From NCBI GenBank assembly GCA_009886035.1, contig VFJN01000053.1, forward strand, positions 3,251 to 67,250: a DNA stretch of 64,000 bases, read 5' to 3'. Within the stretch, counting starts at the first letter, position 1, and each line of letters opens with the position of its first letter. Positions 8,681 through 18,190 of this stretch are shown one piece after another. The translations under genes and the position numbers were made by a program. The notes below the pieces were generated by a model. It was not told where the DNA came from, did not search any database, and worked only from the letters and a program-made list of their open reading frames with translations. This DNA comes from Actinomycetota bacterium. Lineage in GTDB: Bacteria > Actinomycetota > Acidimicrobiia > Acidimicrobiales > VFJN01.

Positions 8681-10213
8681 GTGAGTCCCTCGGGATGCAA
8701 GGGTGGAAGGGTGGGTGACGAGTCAGACCTGAATGAACGACTACGGGCGGCAACCGAGTTGCTCGAGGCCGTGTGTGCGGACCGTTCGCTGCTCGACGGC
8801 CTGGGTCCCGAGGAGCGAATCCGTCTTCTGAACGCGGCGGCCAATACCTTCGCCCCCGATGCCGATGCCCGGCGTCAGCAGACAAAGTCTCGCCGCCGCC
8901 AGGAAAAAGCCGCCCGAGTGGCGCGTGACGAAGATGTGCTCACCGGTACCGGCATCCGTCAGCTGCGGTCTCGGCCAGTGTTCGTCACCCCGAACGTGTT
9001 TGTGCCGGAAGGCGTTGACGCCGCCACCGTGGACGATGAAACCACCGCCCGGGCGGGCGAGGAGTGGCGGGTGGCCGAGCAGCATTGCTACGTGTGCAAG
9101 CGGAAGTACGGGAAGGTTCATTTCTTCTACGACCAACTCTGTGGCGAGTGTGCCGCATTCAACTTTGCCAAACGCACCGAGACGGCCGACCTGCGCGGTC
9201 GGGTGGCGTTGCTCACCGGGGGGCGAGTGAAGATCGGCTATCAAGCCGGCATCAAACTGTTACGAGCAGGGGCGTTCCTCATCGTGACCACCCGCTTCCC
9301 GCAAGACGCCGCCCGGCGCTACAGCGAGGAGGCCGACTTCGCGCAGTGGAGCGACCGCCTTGAGGTCTACGGGCTGGATTTGCGCCACACTCCGAGCGTC
9401 GAAGCGTTCTGTCATCACCTGGCGGCCAGCCAGGCGCGCCTGGACTACATCGTGAACAACGCCTGTCAGACCGTCCGGCGGCCGCCGGGTTTCTATGAGC
9501 ACATGCTGGAGCAAGAGAAGGCCACCGACGGGCATCTCTCCCCGGCCGCTCGCGGGGTGCTCGGCGGAGTGGATGGTGTTCGCACCCCGGAACTGCTCGG
9601 TGAGCACGCGCCCACTAGCGCGGAACGTTCGCAACTCGTGCTGCTCCCCGAAGATGCCGAGGCGGGTTCGCATCTGTTTCCGGTGGGTCGGCTCGATCAG
9701 GACCTCCAACAGGTAGACCTGCGGGGCCGGAACTCGTGGCGACTCACCTTGGCCGAAGTGTCCACGGTGGAACTGCTGGAGACGCAACTGGTGAATGCGG
9801 TGGCGCCGTTCGTCCTCAACGCCCGCCTGAAGCCTCTCATGCTCCGTACCCCGGGCCCCGACAAGCACATCGTGAATGTGAGTGCGGTGGAGGGGCAGTT
9901 CTACCGGCGCTTCAAGACCACCCGACACCCGCACACGAACATGGCCAAGGCGGCGCTGAACATGATGACCCGCACGTCGGCAGCCGATTATCAGGCTGAT
10001 GGCATCCACATGAACAGCGTCGACACCGGATGGGTGAGCGACGAGGACCCGGTGGCTATCGCCGAGGCCAAGCGCGCCGAGCACCGCTTCCATCCTCCGC
10101 TGGACATCGTGGACGGCGCCGCCCGGATCGTGGACCCGATCATCACGGGAGCCAACACGGGCGTCCACCTTTGGGGCCAATTCCTCAAGGATTACACCGC
10201 GACCGACTGGTAG
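8681..10213 (+). CDS. atypical SDR-fold oxidoreductase with about 170-aa N-terminal extension carrying a CxxC-X14-CxxC knuckle
   Basis: 510 aa from a GTG start (exact start uncertain). The N-terminal part is charged and basic, with CYVCKRKYGKVHFFYDQLCGEC. The SDR core has LTGGRVKIGYQAG (TGxxxxxG), NNAC and NVSAVEGQFYRRFK...HTNMAKAAL. Confidence 0.75.
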   Translation: MSPSGCKGGRVGDESDLNERLRAATELLEAVCADRSLLDGLGPEERIRLLNAAANTFAPDADARRQQTKSRRRQEKAARVARDEDVLTGTGIRQLRSRPVFVTPNVFVPEGVDAATVDDETTARAGEEWRVAEQHCYVCKRKYGKVHFFYDQLCGECAAFNFAKRTETADLRGRVALLTGGRVKIGYQAGIKLLRAGAFLIVTTRFPQDAARRYSEEADFAQWSDRLEVYGLDLRHTPSVEAFCHHLAASQARLDYIVNNACQTVRRPPGFYEHMLEQEKATDGHLSPAARGVLGGVDGVRTPELLGEHAPTSAERSQLVLLPEDAEAGSHLFPVGRLDQDLQQVDLRGRNSWRLTLAEVSTVELLETQLVNAVAPFVLNARLKPLMLRTPGPDKHIVNVSAVEGQFYRRFKTTRHPHTNMAKAALNMMTRTSAADYQADGIHMNSVDTGWVSDEDPVAIAEAKRAEHRFHPPLDIVDGAARIVDPIITGANTGVHLWGQFLKDYTATDW

Positions 10214-10278
10214 CCACCGGCTCGGGCGCAGTGCAGTTCCATGTGACATCGGGGGAGTACGTCAACGAGAATAGGGAG

Positions 10279-11637
10279 ATGGTCTTGCTTGAGCCGATTG
10301 CTGCCACCAATGCCGAAGTGGCCGCCGTGGACCGCCAGCACGTGTTCCACTCGTGGTCAGCCCAGCACCTCATCAACCCCATGCCGCTGGCGGGCGGTGA
10401 GGGCTGTGAGTTCTGGGATCATGAGGGCAATCGCTGGCTCGACTTCTCCTCCCAACTCGTGAACCTGAACCTCGGGCACCAGCATCCGAAGGTCATCGCG
10501 GCGATCGTGGAGCAAGCCCAACGGCTCTGCACCGTGGCGCCGAGTTTCGCCAACCAGACCCGCAACGAAGCGGCCCGACTGATTGCCGCCCACGCCCCCG
10601 AGGGCCTCGATCGAGTGTTCTTTACCAACGGTGGGGCCGAGGCCAACGAGAACGCCATCCGGATGGCGCGAGCGCACACCGCTCGCCCCAAAGTGCTGGC
10701 CGCCTACCGCAGTTACCACGGCGGCACCGCGGCCACCATGGCCCTCACCGGGGAGCCGCGGCGTTGGGGTTCCGAGCCGTCGATCCCCGGGGTCGTTCAT
10801 TTCCACGGCCCCTACCCGTACCGGTCCTCCTTTGCCGCCACGACCGACCAGGAAGAGGCCGACCGGGCGGTGGCCCACCTCGCTGAAGTGATCCAGTTCG
10901 AAGGGCCCGAACTGGTGGCGGCGGTCATCCTCGAGACGATCGTGGGTACCAACGGGGTGTTGATCCCGCCGGCCGACTATCTGCCCCAGGTGCGGGCGCT
11001 GTGCGATGCCCACGGAATCCTGCTCATCCTCGACGAGGTCATGGTGGGCTTTGGTCGTACCGGCGCCTGGTTCGCCGCTGACCATTGGAAGGTGACCGCC
11101 GACCTGATCTGCTTCGCCAAGGGTGTGAACTCGGGCTACGTGCCCCTGGGCGGAGTGATCATGACGAACGCCATCGCCGAGACCTTCGCCACGCGCGCCT
11201 ACCAGGGGGGTCTCACCTACTCGGGGCACCCGCTGGCCTGCGCGGCGGCCGTGGGGGCCATAAGGGCTATGGAGGACGACCACATCGTGGAACACGCGGC
11301 CCAGATTGGCGCAGATGTGCTCGGCCCGGGTTTGGCCGAACTGGCCACGCGGCATCCCTCGGTGGGCGAGGTGCGGGGCCGGGGCTGCTTCTTTGCCGTC
11401 GAGTTGGTGAAGGATCCCCATACCCGTGAAGGGCTGGTGCCGTTCAACGCATCGGGCGAGGCGGCCAAGCCAATGGTGGAGGTGGTCAACGCCTGCAAGA
11501 GTGCCGGCCTCTGGCCCTTCGCTCATTTCAACCGCATTCACATGGCGCCGCCGCTCATCGTGAGCGAGGAGGAAGTGGCCCGGGCGCTGGCCATCCTCGA
11601 CGATGCGCTCGCGGTGGCCGATGGTTTTGTGACCTGA
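10279..11637 (+). CDS. class III (omega) aminotransferase, PLP-dependent
   Basis: Motifs FFTNGGAEANENAIRMAR, LILDEVMVGFGRTG and the Lys region FAKGVNSGYVPLGG. The upstream part of the track ORF (from 10030) overlaps the previous gene. The start is uncertain: ATG 10279 or in-frame GTG 10243. Confidence 0.88.
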   Translation: MVLLEPIAATNAEVAAVDRQHVFHSWSAQHLINPMPLAGGEGCEFWDHEGNRWLDFSSQLVNLNLGHQHPKVIAAIVEQAQRLCTVAPSFANQTRNEAARLIAAHAPEGLDRVFFTNGGAEANENAIRMARAHTARPKVLAAYRSYHGGTAATMALTGEPRRWGSEPSIPGVVHFHGPYPYRSSFAATTDQEEADRAVAHLAEVIQFEGPELVAAVILETIVGTNGVLIPPADYLPQVRALCDAHGILLILDEVMVGFGRTGAWFAADHWKVTADLICFAKGVNSGYVPLGGVIMTNAIAETFATRAYQGGLTYSGHPLACAAAVGAIRAMEDDHIVEHAAQIGADVLGPGLAELATRHPSVGEVRGRGCFFAVELVKDPHTREGLVPFNASGEAAKPMVEVVNACKSAGLWPFAHFNRIHMAPPLIVSEEEVARALAILDDALAVADGFVT

Positions 11638-11638
11638 G

Positions 11639-12295
11639 GTGTCGGTTGTCCTGTTCGACCTCGACGGCACGCTCACCGATCCCAAGGAGGGCATCACCAA
11701 GTCGGTGCAGCACGCGCTGCGCGCCATCGGCCAGCCCGCCGACGACCTCGACGCCCTCACGGGCTTCATCGGTCCGCCGCTGAGGGAATCGTTCCGGGAG
11801 ATCGCCGGACTCAACGCCGGCGAAGTCGAGGCCGCCATTGACGCCTATCGGGAGTACTTCGGGACGCAAGGACTGTACGAGAACTTCGCCTACGCCGGCA
11901 TCGAGGAGGTGCTGGCCGAACTCGCCGCCGAAGGGCGGCGGCTGGCGGTGGCCACCTCCAAGCCGGGAGTATTCGCCGAACCGATTCTCGACCGCTTTGG
12001 CTTACGGGGCTGGTTCGAAGTGGTGGCCGGGTCTGAACTCGATGGAACCCGCGCCCGCAAGAGTGAGGTCATCGCCTACGCCCTGGATCTGCTGGGCTGT
12101 GAGGCCAGCCGCCGGTGCGTGATGATCGGTGACCGCCAGCACGACATCGCGGGGGCGCATGAATCCGGTGTTTCTTCTATCGGGGTGCTGTGGGGCTACG
12201 GCGGCATCGAAGAACTGATCCTCGCCGAACCGGACCGGCTCGCCGGGACGGTAGATGAGTTGCCGACCCTGGTGGCCGATCTCGCTCGCCGCTAG
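11639..12295 (+). CDS. HAD-superfamily hydrolase (phosphoglycolate phosphatase-like)
   Basis: 218 aa from a GTG start. Motif I LFDLDGTLTD, motif II VATSK, motif IV IGDRQHDI. Confidence 0.85.
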   Translation: MSVVLFDLDGTLTDPKEGITKSVQHALRAIGQPADDLDALTGFIGPPLRESFREIAGLNAGEVEAAIDAYREYFGTQGLYENFAYAGIEEVLAELAAEGRRLAVATSKPGVFAEPILDRFGLRGWFEVVAGSELDGTRARKSEVIAYALDLLGCEASRRCVMIGDRQHDIAGAHESGVSSIGVLWGYGGIEELILAEPDRLAGTVDELPTLVADLARR

Positions 12296-13500
12296 GCGGC
12301 GCTCTTTTCGAGGATGTGCACGCCACAGGCCGAACCGAGGCCAATGACATGGGCCAGGCCCACGCGGGCACCCTGGATCTGGCGGTCGCCAGCCTCGCCG
12401 CGGAGGTGGTGGCAGACCTCCCAGATGTTGGCAATGCCGGTGGCGGAAATCGGGTGTCCCTTGGACTGCAGGCCCCCGGAGACATTCACCGGCATGGTGC
12501 CATCTCGCCACGGGGCGCCGCTGGTGAAGAAGTCCACCGCTCCACCCTGCTCGCAGAGTTGGAGGTTGTCGTAATGGACGAGTTCCGCGGTGGCGAAGCA
12601 ATCGTGCAGTTCCACCAGGTCGAGGTCGGCTGGACCCACGCCGGCCTGCTCGTAGGCCTGGGTGGAGGCCATGCGGGTAAGCGTGTTCACATCGGGGAGG
12701 ACCTGGCAACTCTCCGACCACGGATCGCTCGTGAGGACCGAGGCCGACACTTTCACCGCCCGCCGCTGCTGTTCCAGGGAAAGGGTCTTGAGTTTCGCTC
12801 CGGAGATGACCACCGCGGCGGCACCACCGTCGCAGTTGGCCGAGCACATCGGACGGGTGTTGGGGTAGGCGATCATCATGTCGCCCATGATCTGCTCGAG
12901 GCTCATCTTCTTCGTGTAGGCGGCCAGCGGATTCAGCGTGGAGTGGCTGTGGTTCTTCTCGCTGATCTTGGCGAAGAGTTCAAAGCTTGTGCCGCCGTAC
13001 TTGTGGCCGTATTCCATACCGATTTGGGCAAAGGTGCCCGGCATGTTGTTGGTACCGATGCGGCCGTCGGTGTTGGTGACGGCGCCGTACCGACCGGAGG
13101 GTTCGTAGACGTTCTTGTCGCTCTTGGCCGTGCCTCCCGCCCCCAGCAGACCAGCCCCCGAGAGCTTCTCGACCCCTACGGCGAGGCCCATGTCGCATTC
13201 GCCGGCCTTGATCGCCATGATCACCGTGCGCAAGGCGGTGGCCCCGGTGGCACAGGCGTTGGAAACGTTGTACACGGGGATACCGGTTTGGCCGATCTGC
13301 TTCTGGAGTTGTTGCCCCAATCCGCCGCCGCCGATGAGGTTGCCCGCCGCCAGCACGCCTATGTCGGCCATCGTCACCCCACCGTCGGCCAAGGCCGCCA
13401 TGGCGGCCTGGGCCGCTAGGTCCACCGTGTCCAGATCGGGGTGTTTTCCGAATTTGGTCATGGTGATTCCGAGGATCCAAATGTCGTCACTCATGGTCAT
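12292..13500 (-). CDS. SCP2-type thiolase / lipid-transfer-protein family (thiolase-like)
   Basis: 402 aa. Nucleophile region VSNACATGATAL, and the HDCF motif (ELHDCFATAE) characteristic of SCP2-type thiolases. ATGA overlap with the upstream DUF35 gene. Confidence 0.9.
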   Translation of the reverse strand: MTMSDDIWILGITMTKFGKHPDLDTVDLAAQAAMAALADGGVTMADIGVLAAGNLIGGGGLGQQLQKQIGQTGIPVYNVSNACATGATALRTVIMAIKAGECDMGLAVGVEKLSGAGLLGAGGTAKSDKNVYEPSGRYGAVTNTDGRIGTNNMPGTFAQIGMEYGHKYGGTSFELFAKISEKNHSHSTLNPLAAYTKKMSLEQIMGDMMIAYPNTRPMCSANCDGGAAAVVISGAKLKTLSLEQQRRAVKVSASVLTSDPWSESCQVLPDVNTLTRMASTQAYEQAGVGPADLDLVELHDCFATAELVHYDNLQLCEQGGAVDFFTSGAPWRDGTMPVNVSGGLQSKGHPISATGIANIWEVCHHLRGEAGDRQIQGARVGLAHVIGLGSACGVHILEKSAA

Positions 13501-13895
13501 GCCTCCAGGGGTGCAAAGCCGAAGCCGATGGCTTCGGTGCCGTCATCATCGGTTCCCACCACGTAGGTGGTGAGTTTTACCTTCATGCCCAGCGCAACGT
13601 GATCAGGGTCGGGGTCGACGCCGATGACGTTGCCGCGCACGCTCGTGCCGTCGCAGTCCACCACTCCGGCCACAAAGGGCACCGGCACGCCCGGGGCGGC
13701 GAAGGCCACGATGGTAAACGCTTTCAACTCTCCGGTGGTGGAGATAGGGGCGTTGGAGAAGGTGGTGGCGAAGCAGGAGGCACAGGCGTTCCGGCGGTCG
13801 AAGAACCGCGCCCCGCAGCCGGTGCACTCCCGAGCGATCAAATGAGGATTGTCCCCGAGTACTAGATAATCGACGATCGGAACAGCTGTGGCCAT
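13497..13895 (-). CDS. DUF35-type Zn-ribbon/OB-fold protein (thiolase partner, BbsA-like)
   Basis: 132 aa from the internal ATG 13895 (track ORF 13497..14126 is over-extended). Zn ribbon CTGCGARFFDRRNACASC followed by an OB-like segment. SD-like AAGGGGGG lies 5-6 nt upstream. Confidence 0.8.
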   Translation of the reverse strand: MATAVPIVDYLVLGDNPHLIARECTGCGARFFDRRNACASCFATTFSNAPISTTGELKAFTIVAFAAPGVPVPFVAGVVDCDGTSVRGNVIGVDPDPDHVALGMKVKLTTYVVGTDDDGTEAIGFGFAPLEA

Positions 13896-13966
13896 TGGCC
13901 CCCCCTTGTACGTGCAACGTTTCGGCCCCATCGTTAGCAGGTTGGCGGCGGCACCGTCGAAGTTGC

Positions 13967-15961
13967 TCATCCACCCTGGGGGGCGGCGGGAAGAACACCA
14001 TCGTGGATCAGCCGCGCCATGATCGCCTCCGCCAAATGAGCCGAGAAGGTCCCGGTGATGTGATTCGAGTCGCGCTTCACGATGAGGCCGTCCACCACCG
14101 GCGGGCAGGTGGGCAGTTGTGGGCACACCAGTCGGTCGACGTCGAGGGAGAACACATCGCGTCCGTTGGCGCGTCGGCGGAAAAACGTTTCGATCGGCGT
14201 GGGGGCTGCGTTGGCCTGGTATTCGCAGGCTGCGTTGTTGGCGGCGCTGGACAGACAGAGGAGGGGGTCGTTGTCCTTGCGGGCGATCGGGATCGGCTCG
14301 ATGATCACGACCTGGCGGCCCTCGGCCACGAATCGGTCGATCGTACGGCCGGAGGCCGCCGCCAACGAGGTGTCAAAGGCCGAGGTGCCCTGGGCGACTC
14401 GGCCCTCGGGGGTGAAGAGATCGACCGGGTTGGCGGGGTCGTCCATCGGGCGTTGAGCCAGCACGATCACATCAGGATCGAGTTCGGTGATGAGTTGGGC
14501 GTACCAGAACTCTTTCGCCAGGCGACAGGGCTCACCACTGATGAGAAAGAAGACATCCGGTGGCCACGGACACAGGGGGGCCGCCGCCACCGACAAGGTG
14601 AGGTCCTGGCGGCGGGCGATTTCGGTGAAGGCGGGGATGTACATCCGGGCGTTGCTGTCGCCCATCAGCAGCATGTGCTTCCCCGAGCCGACCACCACGG
14701 TGCACCCAGCGGTGGCGTCGGGACGACAGTCCGGCAGGGGGGGATTATCGCGTTGGGCGGTGCGCCAATCGAGGGGGGTGGCCCCGGAGGGTTTGCGGGC
14801 GAGGATGCTCGGGGCCAGCACGAGACCCCCCACGATGCTGAGGGCCAGGCCCGCCGCGATCACGCCCGAGCGGTGGCGGTCGAGGGTTGGTGACAGCCGT
14901 ACCGGTTGTTCCAGCAGGTGAAAACTGATGGCGGCGAGTCCGGTGGAAGCAATCACCGCCACCCCCGACACCGCCGGAGGAGCCAGGGTGAACTTGGTGG
15001 TCACCAGGACGATGACCGGCCAGTGCCAGAGATAGGTGCCGTAGGAGATCTTGCCGAGGTAGACCGCCCCCCGCCCGGCCAACAGGCCGCTCACCAGGCC
15101 ATCGGGGACGGCACCCATTGCGACGATGAGCAGGCTCGTGACGGCGGTGATCACCACCCCTCGCTCGATCGGGTCCAGGCCCCCGACAGCCGTGGCGAGG
15201 ACGGCGACCGCGACCAGTCCGACGACCGCTAGTACCTGGGCCGCTCGGGGTCGTGCGGCGGCCCGCGTCACCAGGCTCGGGGTCAGGGCCAGAAACGCGC
15301 CGGCGAGCAGTTCGTAGGCTCGGGTATCGGTGCCGTAATAGGCCCGGGTGAGATTGGTCGAAGCCCACTGAAGCGCCAGGGCCATCGAGGCAAGACCGGC
15401 CAGGGCGATGATGCCCCGAAGCCACCGCAACGGACGTTGCATCCGACGCGTCAGCCCGTAGAGGCCACCGAGCAGCAGTGGCCAGGCCAGATAAAACTGT
15501 TCTTCCACCGCCAGCGACCAAAAATGGGTCAACGGGTTGCGATCGATGTCGGCCGCGAAATAGTCGGCGGCTTGTTGAATGAAATACCAGTTGGCTACGT
15601 AGAGAAACGCCGCTCGGAAGGCGTCGGTGGCCTCGGCCACTTCGGCGGCGGTGGCAATGACGGTGAACACCACCGCCGTGGTGATCAGCACCACGAACGA
15701 GGCGGGGAGAAGGCGCCGATAGCGGCGGGCGTAGAAGCGCCGCAGGCGAATGGCACCGTTGGCGGCGAGGTCTCGAAGGAGCAGTTGGGTGACTAGGTAG
15801 CCGGAGAGCACGAAGAAGATGTCCACGCCGATGAAGCCGTGGCGAAAGACGCCCAGGCGGGAGTGGTAGAGCACCACGAGGTACACCGCCACGGCTCGCA
15901 GGCCATCGAGGAAGGGCCGATAGGTGGCGGTGTTACCCCCGGACACGGCTTCCCCCTCCAT
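13967..15961 (-). CDS. acyltransferase_3 (OafA/YrhL-type) membrane O-acyltransferase with C-terminal SGNH-like domain
   Basis: 664 aa. N-terminal FLDGLRAVAVYLVVLYH...GVDIFFVLSGYL, multiple TM helices, and a soluble C-terminal domain of about 270 aa. Confidence 0.85.
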   Translation of the reverse strand: MEGEAVSGGNTATYRPFLDGLRAVAVYLVVLYHSRLGVFRHGFIGVDIFFVLSGYLVTQLLLRDLAANGAIRLRRFYARRYRRLLPASFVVLITTAVVFTVIATAAEVAEATDAFRAAFLYVANWYFIQQAADYFAADIDRNPLTHFWSLAVEEQFYLAWPLLLGGLYGLTRRMQRPLRWLRGIIALAGLASMALALQWASTNLTRAYYGTDTRAYELLAGAFLALTPSLVTRAAARPRAAQVLAVVGLVAVAVLATAVGGLDPIERGVVITAVTSLLIVAMGAVPDGLVSGLLAGRGAVYLGKISYGTYLWHWPVIVLVTTKFTLAPPAVSGVAVIASTGLAAISFHLLEQPVRLSPTLDRHRSGVIAAGLALSIVGGLVLAPSILARKPSGATPLDWRTAQRDNPPLPDCRPDATAGCTVVVGSGKHMLLMGDSNARMYIPAFTEIARRQDLTLSVAAAPLCPWPPDVFFLISGEPCRLAKEFWYAQLITELDPDVIVLAQRPMDDPANPVDLFTPEGRVAQGTSAFDTSLAAASGRTIDRFVAEGRQVVIIEPIPIARKDNDPLLCLSSAANNAACEYQANAAPTPIETFFRRRANGRDVFSLDVDRLVCPQLPTCPPVVDGLIVKRDSNHITGTFSAHLAEAIMARLIHDGVLPAAPQGG

Positions 15962-15971
15962 CGCGGGCGGG

Positions 15972-16805
15972 CTACCAGCCTTTGAAATCAGGGAGCCGGC
16001 GCTCGCTGAAGGCCTTGATACCTTCGACCATGTCGGCGGTTGCGGTCACTAGTTCCTGGGCGTAGGCCTCCTCTTCGAAGGCGGTGTGGCGCGAACTTTC
16101 GTGGCTGCGGTTGATGAGCCACTTCGTCATCGAGATGGCCTTGGTGGGGCCGTGGGCCAAGCGGGTGGCGAGATCGTCCACGGTGGCGGTCAATTCGGCG
16201 GCGGGGACCACGCGATTGGCGATACCGAACCGTTCGCACTCCGCCGCCGGGAGATCATCGCCGAGGAACATCAGTTCCTTGGCCCGGTGGGGGCCGATGA
16301 GGCGGGGGAGGAGGTAGGCCCCGCCGGCGTCGGGAATGATGCCGCGTTTGACGAACACCTCGATGAGGCGGGCGTGGTCGGCCATGACGACAAGGTCGCA
16401 GGCCAGGACCAGGTTGGCTCCGCCCCCCGCCGCAGTGCCGTTGACCGCCGCAATCACCGGTTTCTCGCAGTCCATGATGGAGATTACGAGGCGCTGCCAC
16501 CCGCGTCGGATGAGCCGGGAGATGTCGCCGAGGGTGCGGTCGGGGGCATCGGGGGGGCGAGGCGGCGACGGCGGTTGCGCACCGCCGAGGCCGGCACCGG
16601 TGCAGAAATGCTTCTCGCCGGCGCCCGTGAGAACCACGGTTCGGACCGCGAGGTTGGCGGAGAGTTCGTCGAAGGTCTCGGCGAGGTGGTCGCGCATCTC
16701 CGCCGTGATGGAGTTGCCCGCCTCGGCCCGGTTGATCGTGACGCGCGCAATGCCGTCATCGATGGTGGTGAGGATCAGATCGGTCACGGGAACATCAGCA
16801 GCCAT
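15972..16805 (-). CDS. enoyl-CoA hydratase/isomerase family protein
   Basis: 277 aa. Crotonase motifs VVLTGAGEKHFCTGAGLG and AAVNGTAAGGGANLVLACD. Confidence 0.9.
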   Translation of the reverse strand: MAADVPVTDLILTTIDDGIARVTINRAEAGNSITAEMRDHLAETFDELSANLAVRTVVLTGAGEKHFCTGAGLGGAQPPSPPRPPDAPDRTLGDISRLIRRGWQRLVISIMDCEKPVIAAVNGTAAGGGANLVLACDLVVMADHARLIEVFVKRGIIPDAGGAYLLPRLIGPHRAKELMFLGDDLPAAECERFGIANRVVPAAELTATVDDLATRLAHGPTKAISMTKWLINRSHESSRHTAFEEEAYAQELVTATADMVEGIKAFSERRLPDFKGW

Positions 16806-17607
16806 GACTTCCTAGGCTACTCATCACGTGGTGGAGCACGATCCCGGCCGCCACCGCCACGTTGAGGGAACTGGCCGAACCGGCCATGGGAATGGCCAGG
16901 CTCACATCGGCGAGTGCGGCTAGAGCGGTCGATAGGCCGGTGCGCTCGCTGCCCAAAAGGATGACCGCCGGCCGAGAGAGAACGACCGAGCCAGAGAGCG
17001 GGATCTCGCCGTGTTCGTCGGTGGCGTAGACGGTCACCGGCGCCTTCGTCCGCCATTGCGCCACCCAGTCGATGAGGGCCTCATTGCTCGGCACGGGCAC
17101 GACGGGTAGGGCAAAGAGCGACCCCACGCTGGCCCGCACTGTCTGGGGGTCGTAGAGGTGGGCGCCGTGTCCGCTGAGGAGCACCCCCGACGCGCCGAGC
17201 GCATCGCTCGTGCGGATGATCGTGCCGAGGTTGCCGGGATTGCCCGGCCGGTCCAGCACCACCACCACCCCATCGCTTTGGTGGGGAACAGCGGCGAGGT
17301 CGGGCACCGGGATGCGGCCGAGAAGCATCAACTCCGGTGGCTCATCCCGCGCCGTCAGGCGGGCGAACAGATCGGCGCGTACCTCGATGACCGTGTCCAC
17401 CCGCGTCAGGCAATCCTCGGCCCACGGCGAGCGTTGGGCTACCGCCGGCACAAGGGCGGCCCGGACGGGCCACTCGACGGCGAGAGCCCGAGTGATGGCT
17501 TGTACCCCTTCGATGAGGAACTCGCCGCGTTGTTCGCGCTTCCGGCGGTTGTGCCGGAGCGCCTCCAGGAGTTGGAACTCGGCGTTCTCCGTGAGGATCC
17601 GGATCAT
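16795..17607 (-). CDS. TrmH/SpoU family RNA 2'-O-methyltransferase
   Basis: 270 aa. SPOUT motifs VVVLDRPGNPGNLGTIIRTSDALGA, LLGSERTGLS and IPMAGSASSLNVAVAAGIVL. The 3' end overlaps the downstream crotonase start by 11 nt. Confidence 0.85.
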   Translation of the reverse strand: MIRILTENAEFQLLEALRHNRRKREQRGEFLIEGVQAITRALAVEWPVRAALVPAVAQRSPWAEDCLTRVDTVIEVRADLFARLTARDEPPELMLLGRIPVPDLAAVPHQSDGVVVVLDRPGNPGNLGTIIRTSDALGASGVLLSGHGAHLYDPQTVRASVGSLFALPVVPVPSNEALIDWVAQWRTKAPVTVYATDEHGEIPLSGSVVLSRPAVILLGSERTGLSTALAALADVSLAIPMAGSASSLNVAVAAGIVLHHVMSSLGSHGC

Positions 17608-17677
17608 CGCGGCGGCCGCGTTGAACGGTGGCCCCGGGCGGGGAGAGCGGCGGTGTCAGCGGCGGGTCGGGCTCGGG

Positions 17678-18190
17678 TCACGGTGGCTCCAGACGGGTCG
17701 CCAGGGTGGCCACCAGATCAACTATGGCGTGCGCACAGGCGGCGAACTCCTCGGCGTCACCGCCTCCGGGATCCACCACTTCCTCCCAGTCCTCCACGGT
17801 GATGCTGGCCAAACCCAGGCGACCAACTCGATCCGCCAGGGGGGCATCGCCGGTGGGCAGGTCTCGGGCCAGGCGTCGCAGCGTGCCGGTTCGGTTGGCT
17901 ACCTCGGGATGCGTGCGGCGCACCCAGTGGACATGCTCGGGGGCCAGAGCGATTACTACGGCGGCCGCCTCGAGGTGGGGGCGCGAGGCCTGCCGACTGC
18001 GGTGAGCTGGCGCCGACAGGCCCACGCCGTCGAGGGCGGCCCTCGTGCGCCAACTCATGGGTTGGCCCTCCACCACAAGGGTTCCTGCCGTGGTCACCGA
18101 CCATGCCGGGAGGTGGGCCTCCAACGCCGCCCCGGCCATGACTGACCGGGCGGCATTGCCCGTGCAGAGGAACACGACGCCGGTGGTCAC
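17678..18190 (-). CDS. low-molecular-weight protein-tyrosine phosphatase / arsenate-reductase-fold protein
   Basis: 170 aa from GTG 18190. P-loop VVFLCTGNAARS (C-X5-R-S) and a DP loop (VVDPGG). GTGA overlap with the upstream EEP stop. The track start at 18280 would overlap the EEP gene. Confidence 0.8.
   Translation of the reverse strand: MTTGVVFLCTGNAARSVMAGAALEAHLPAWSVTTAGTLVVEGQPMSWRTRAALDGVGLSAPAHRSRQASRPHLEAAAVVIALAPEHVHWVRRTHPEVANRTGTLRRLARDLPTGDAPLADRVGRLGLASITVEDWEEVVDPGGGDAEEFAACAHAIVDLVATLATRLEPP

Noticed and set aside
10241-10281. GGGAG immediately before ATG 10279, considered as a ribosome-binding site for the aminotransferase.
   Set aside because: The spacing to the ATG is 0 nt, so it cannot act as an SD for that codon. 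The ATG at 10241 is out of frame. The start therefore stays ambiguous between GTG 10243 and ATG 10279.
13916-13921. AACGTT palindrome upstream of the DUF35/thiolase operon, considered as a KstR-like site.
   Set aside because: It lacks the 2-nt spacer and the flanking T/A of TnnAACnnGTTnnA. A 6-bp palindrome is not significant.
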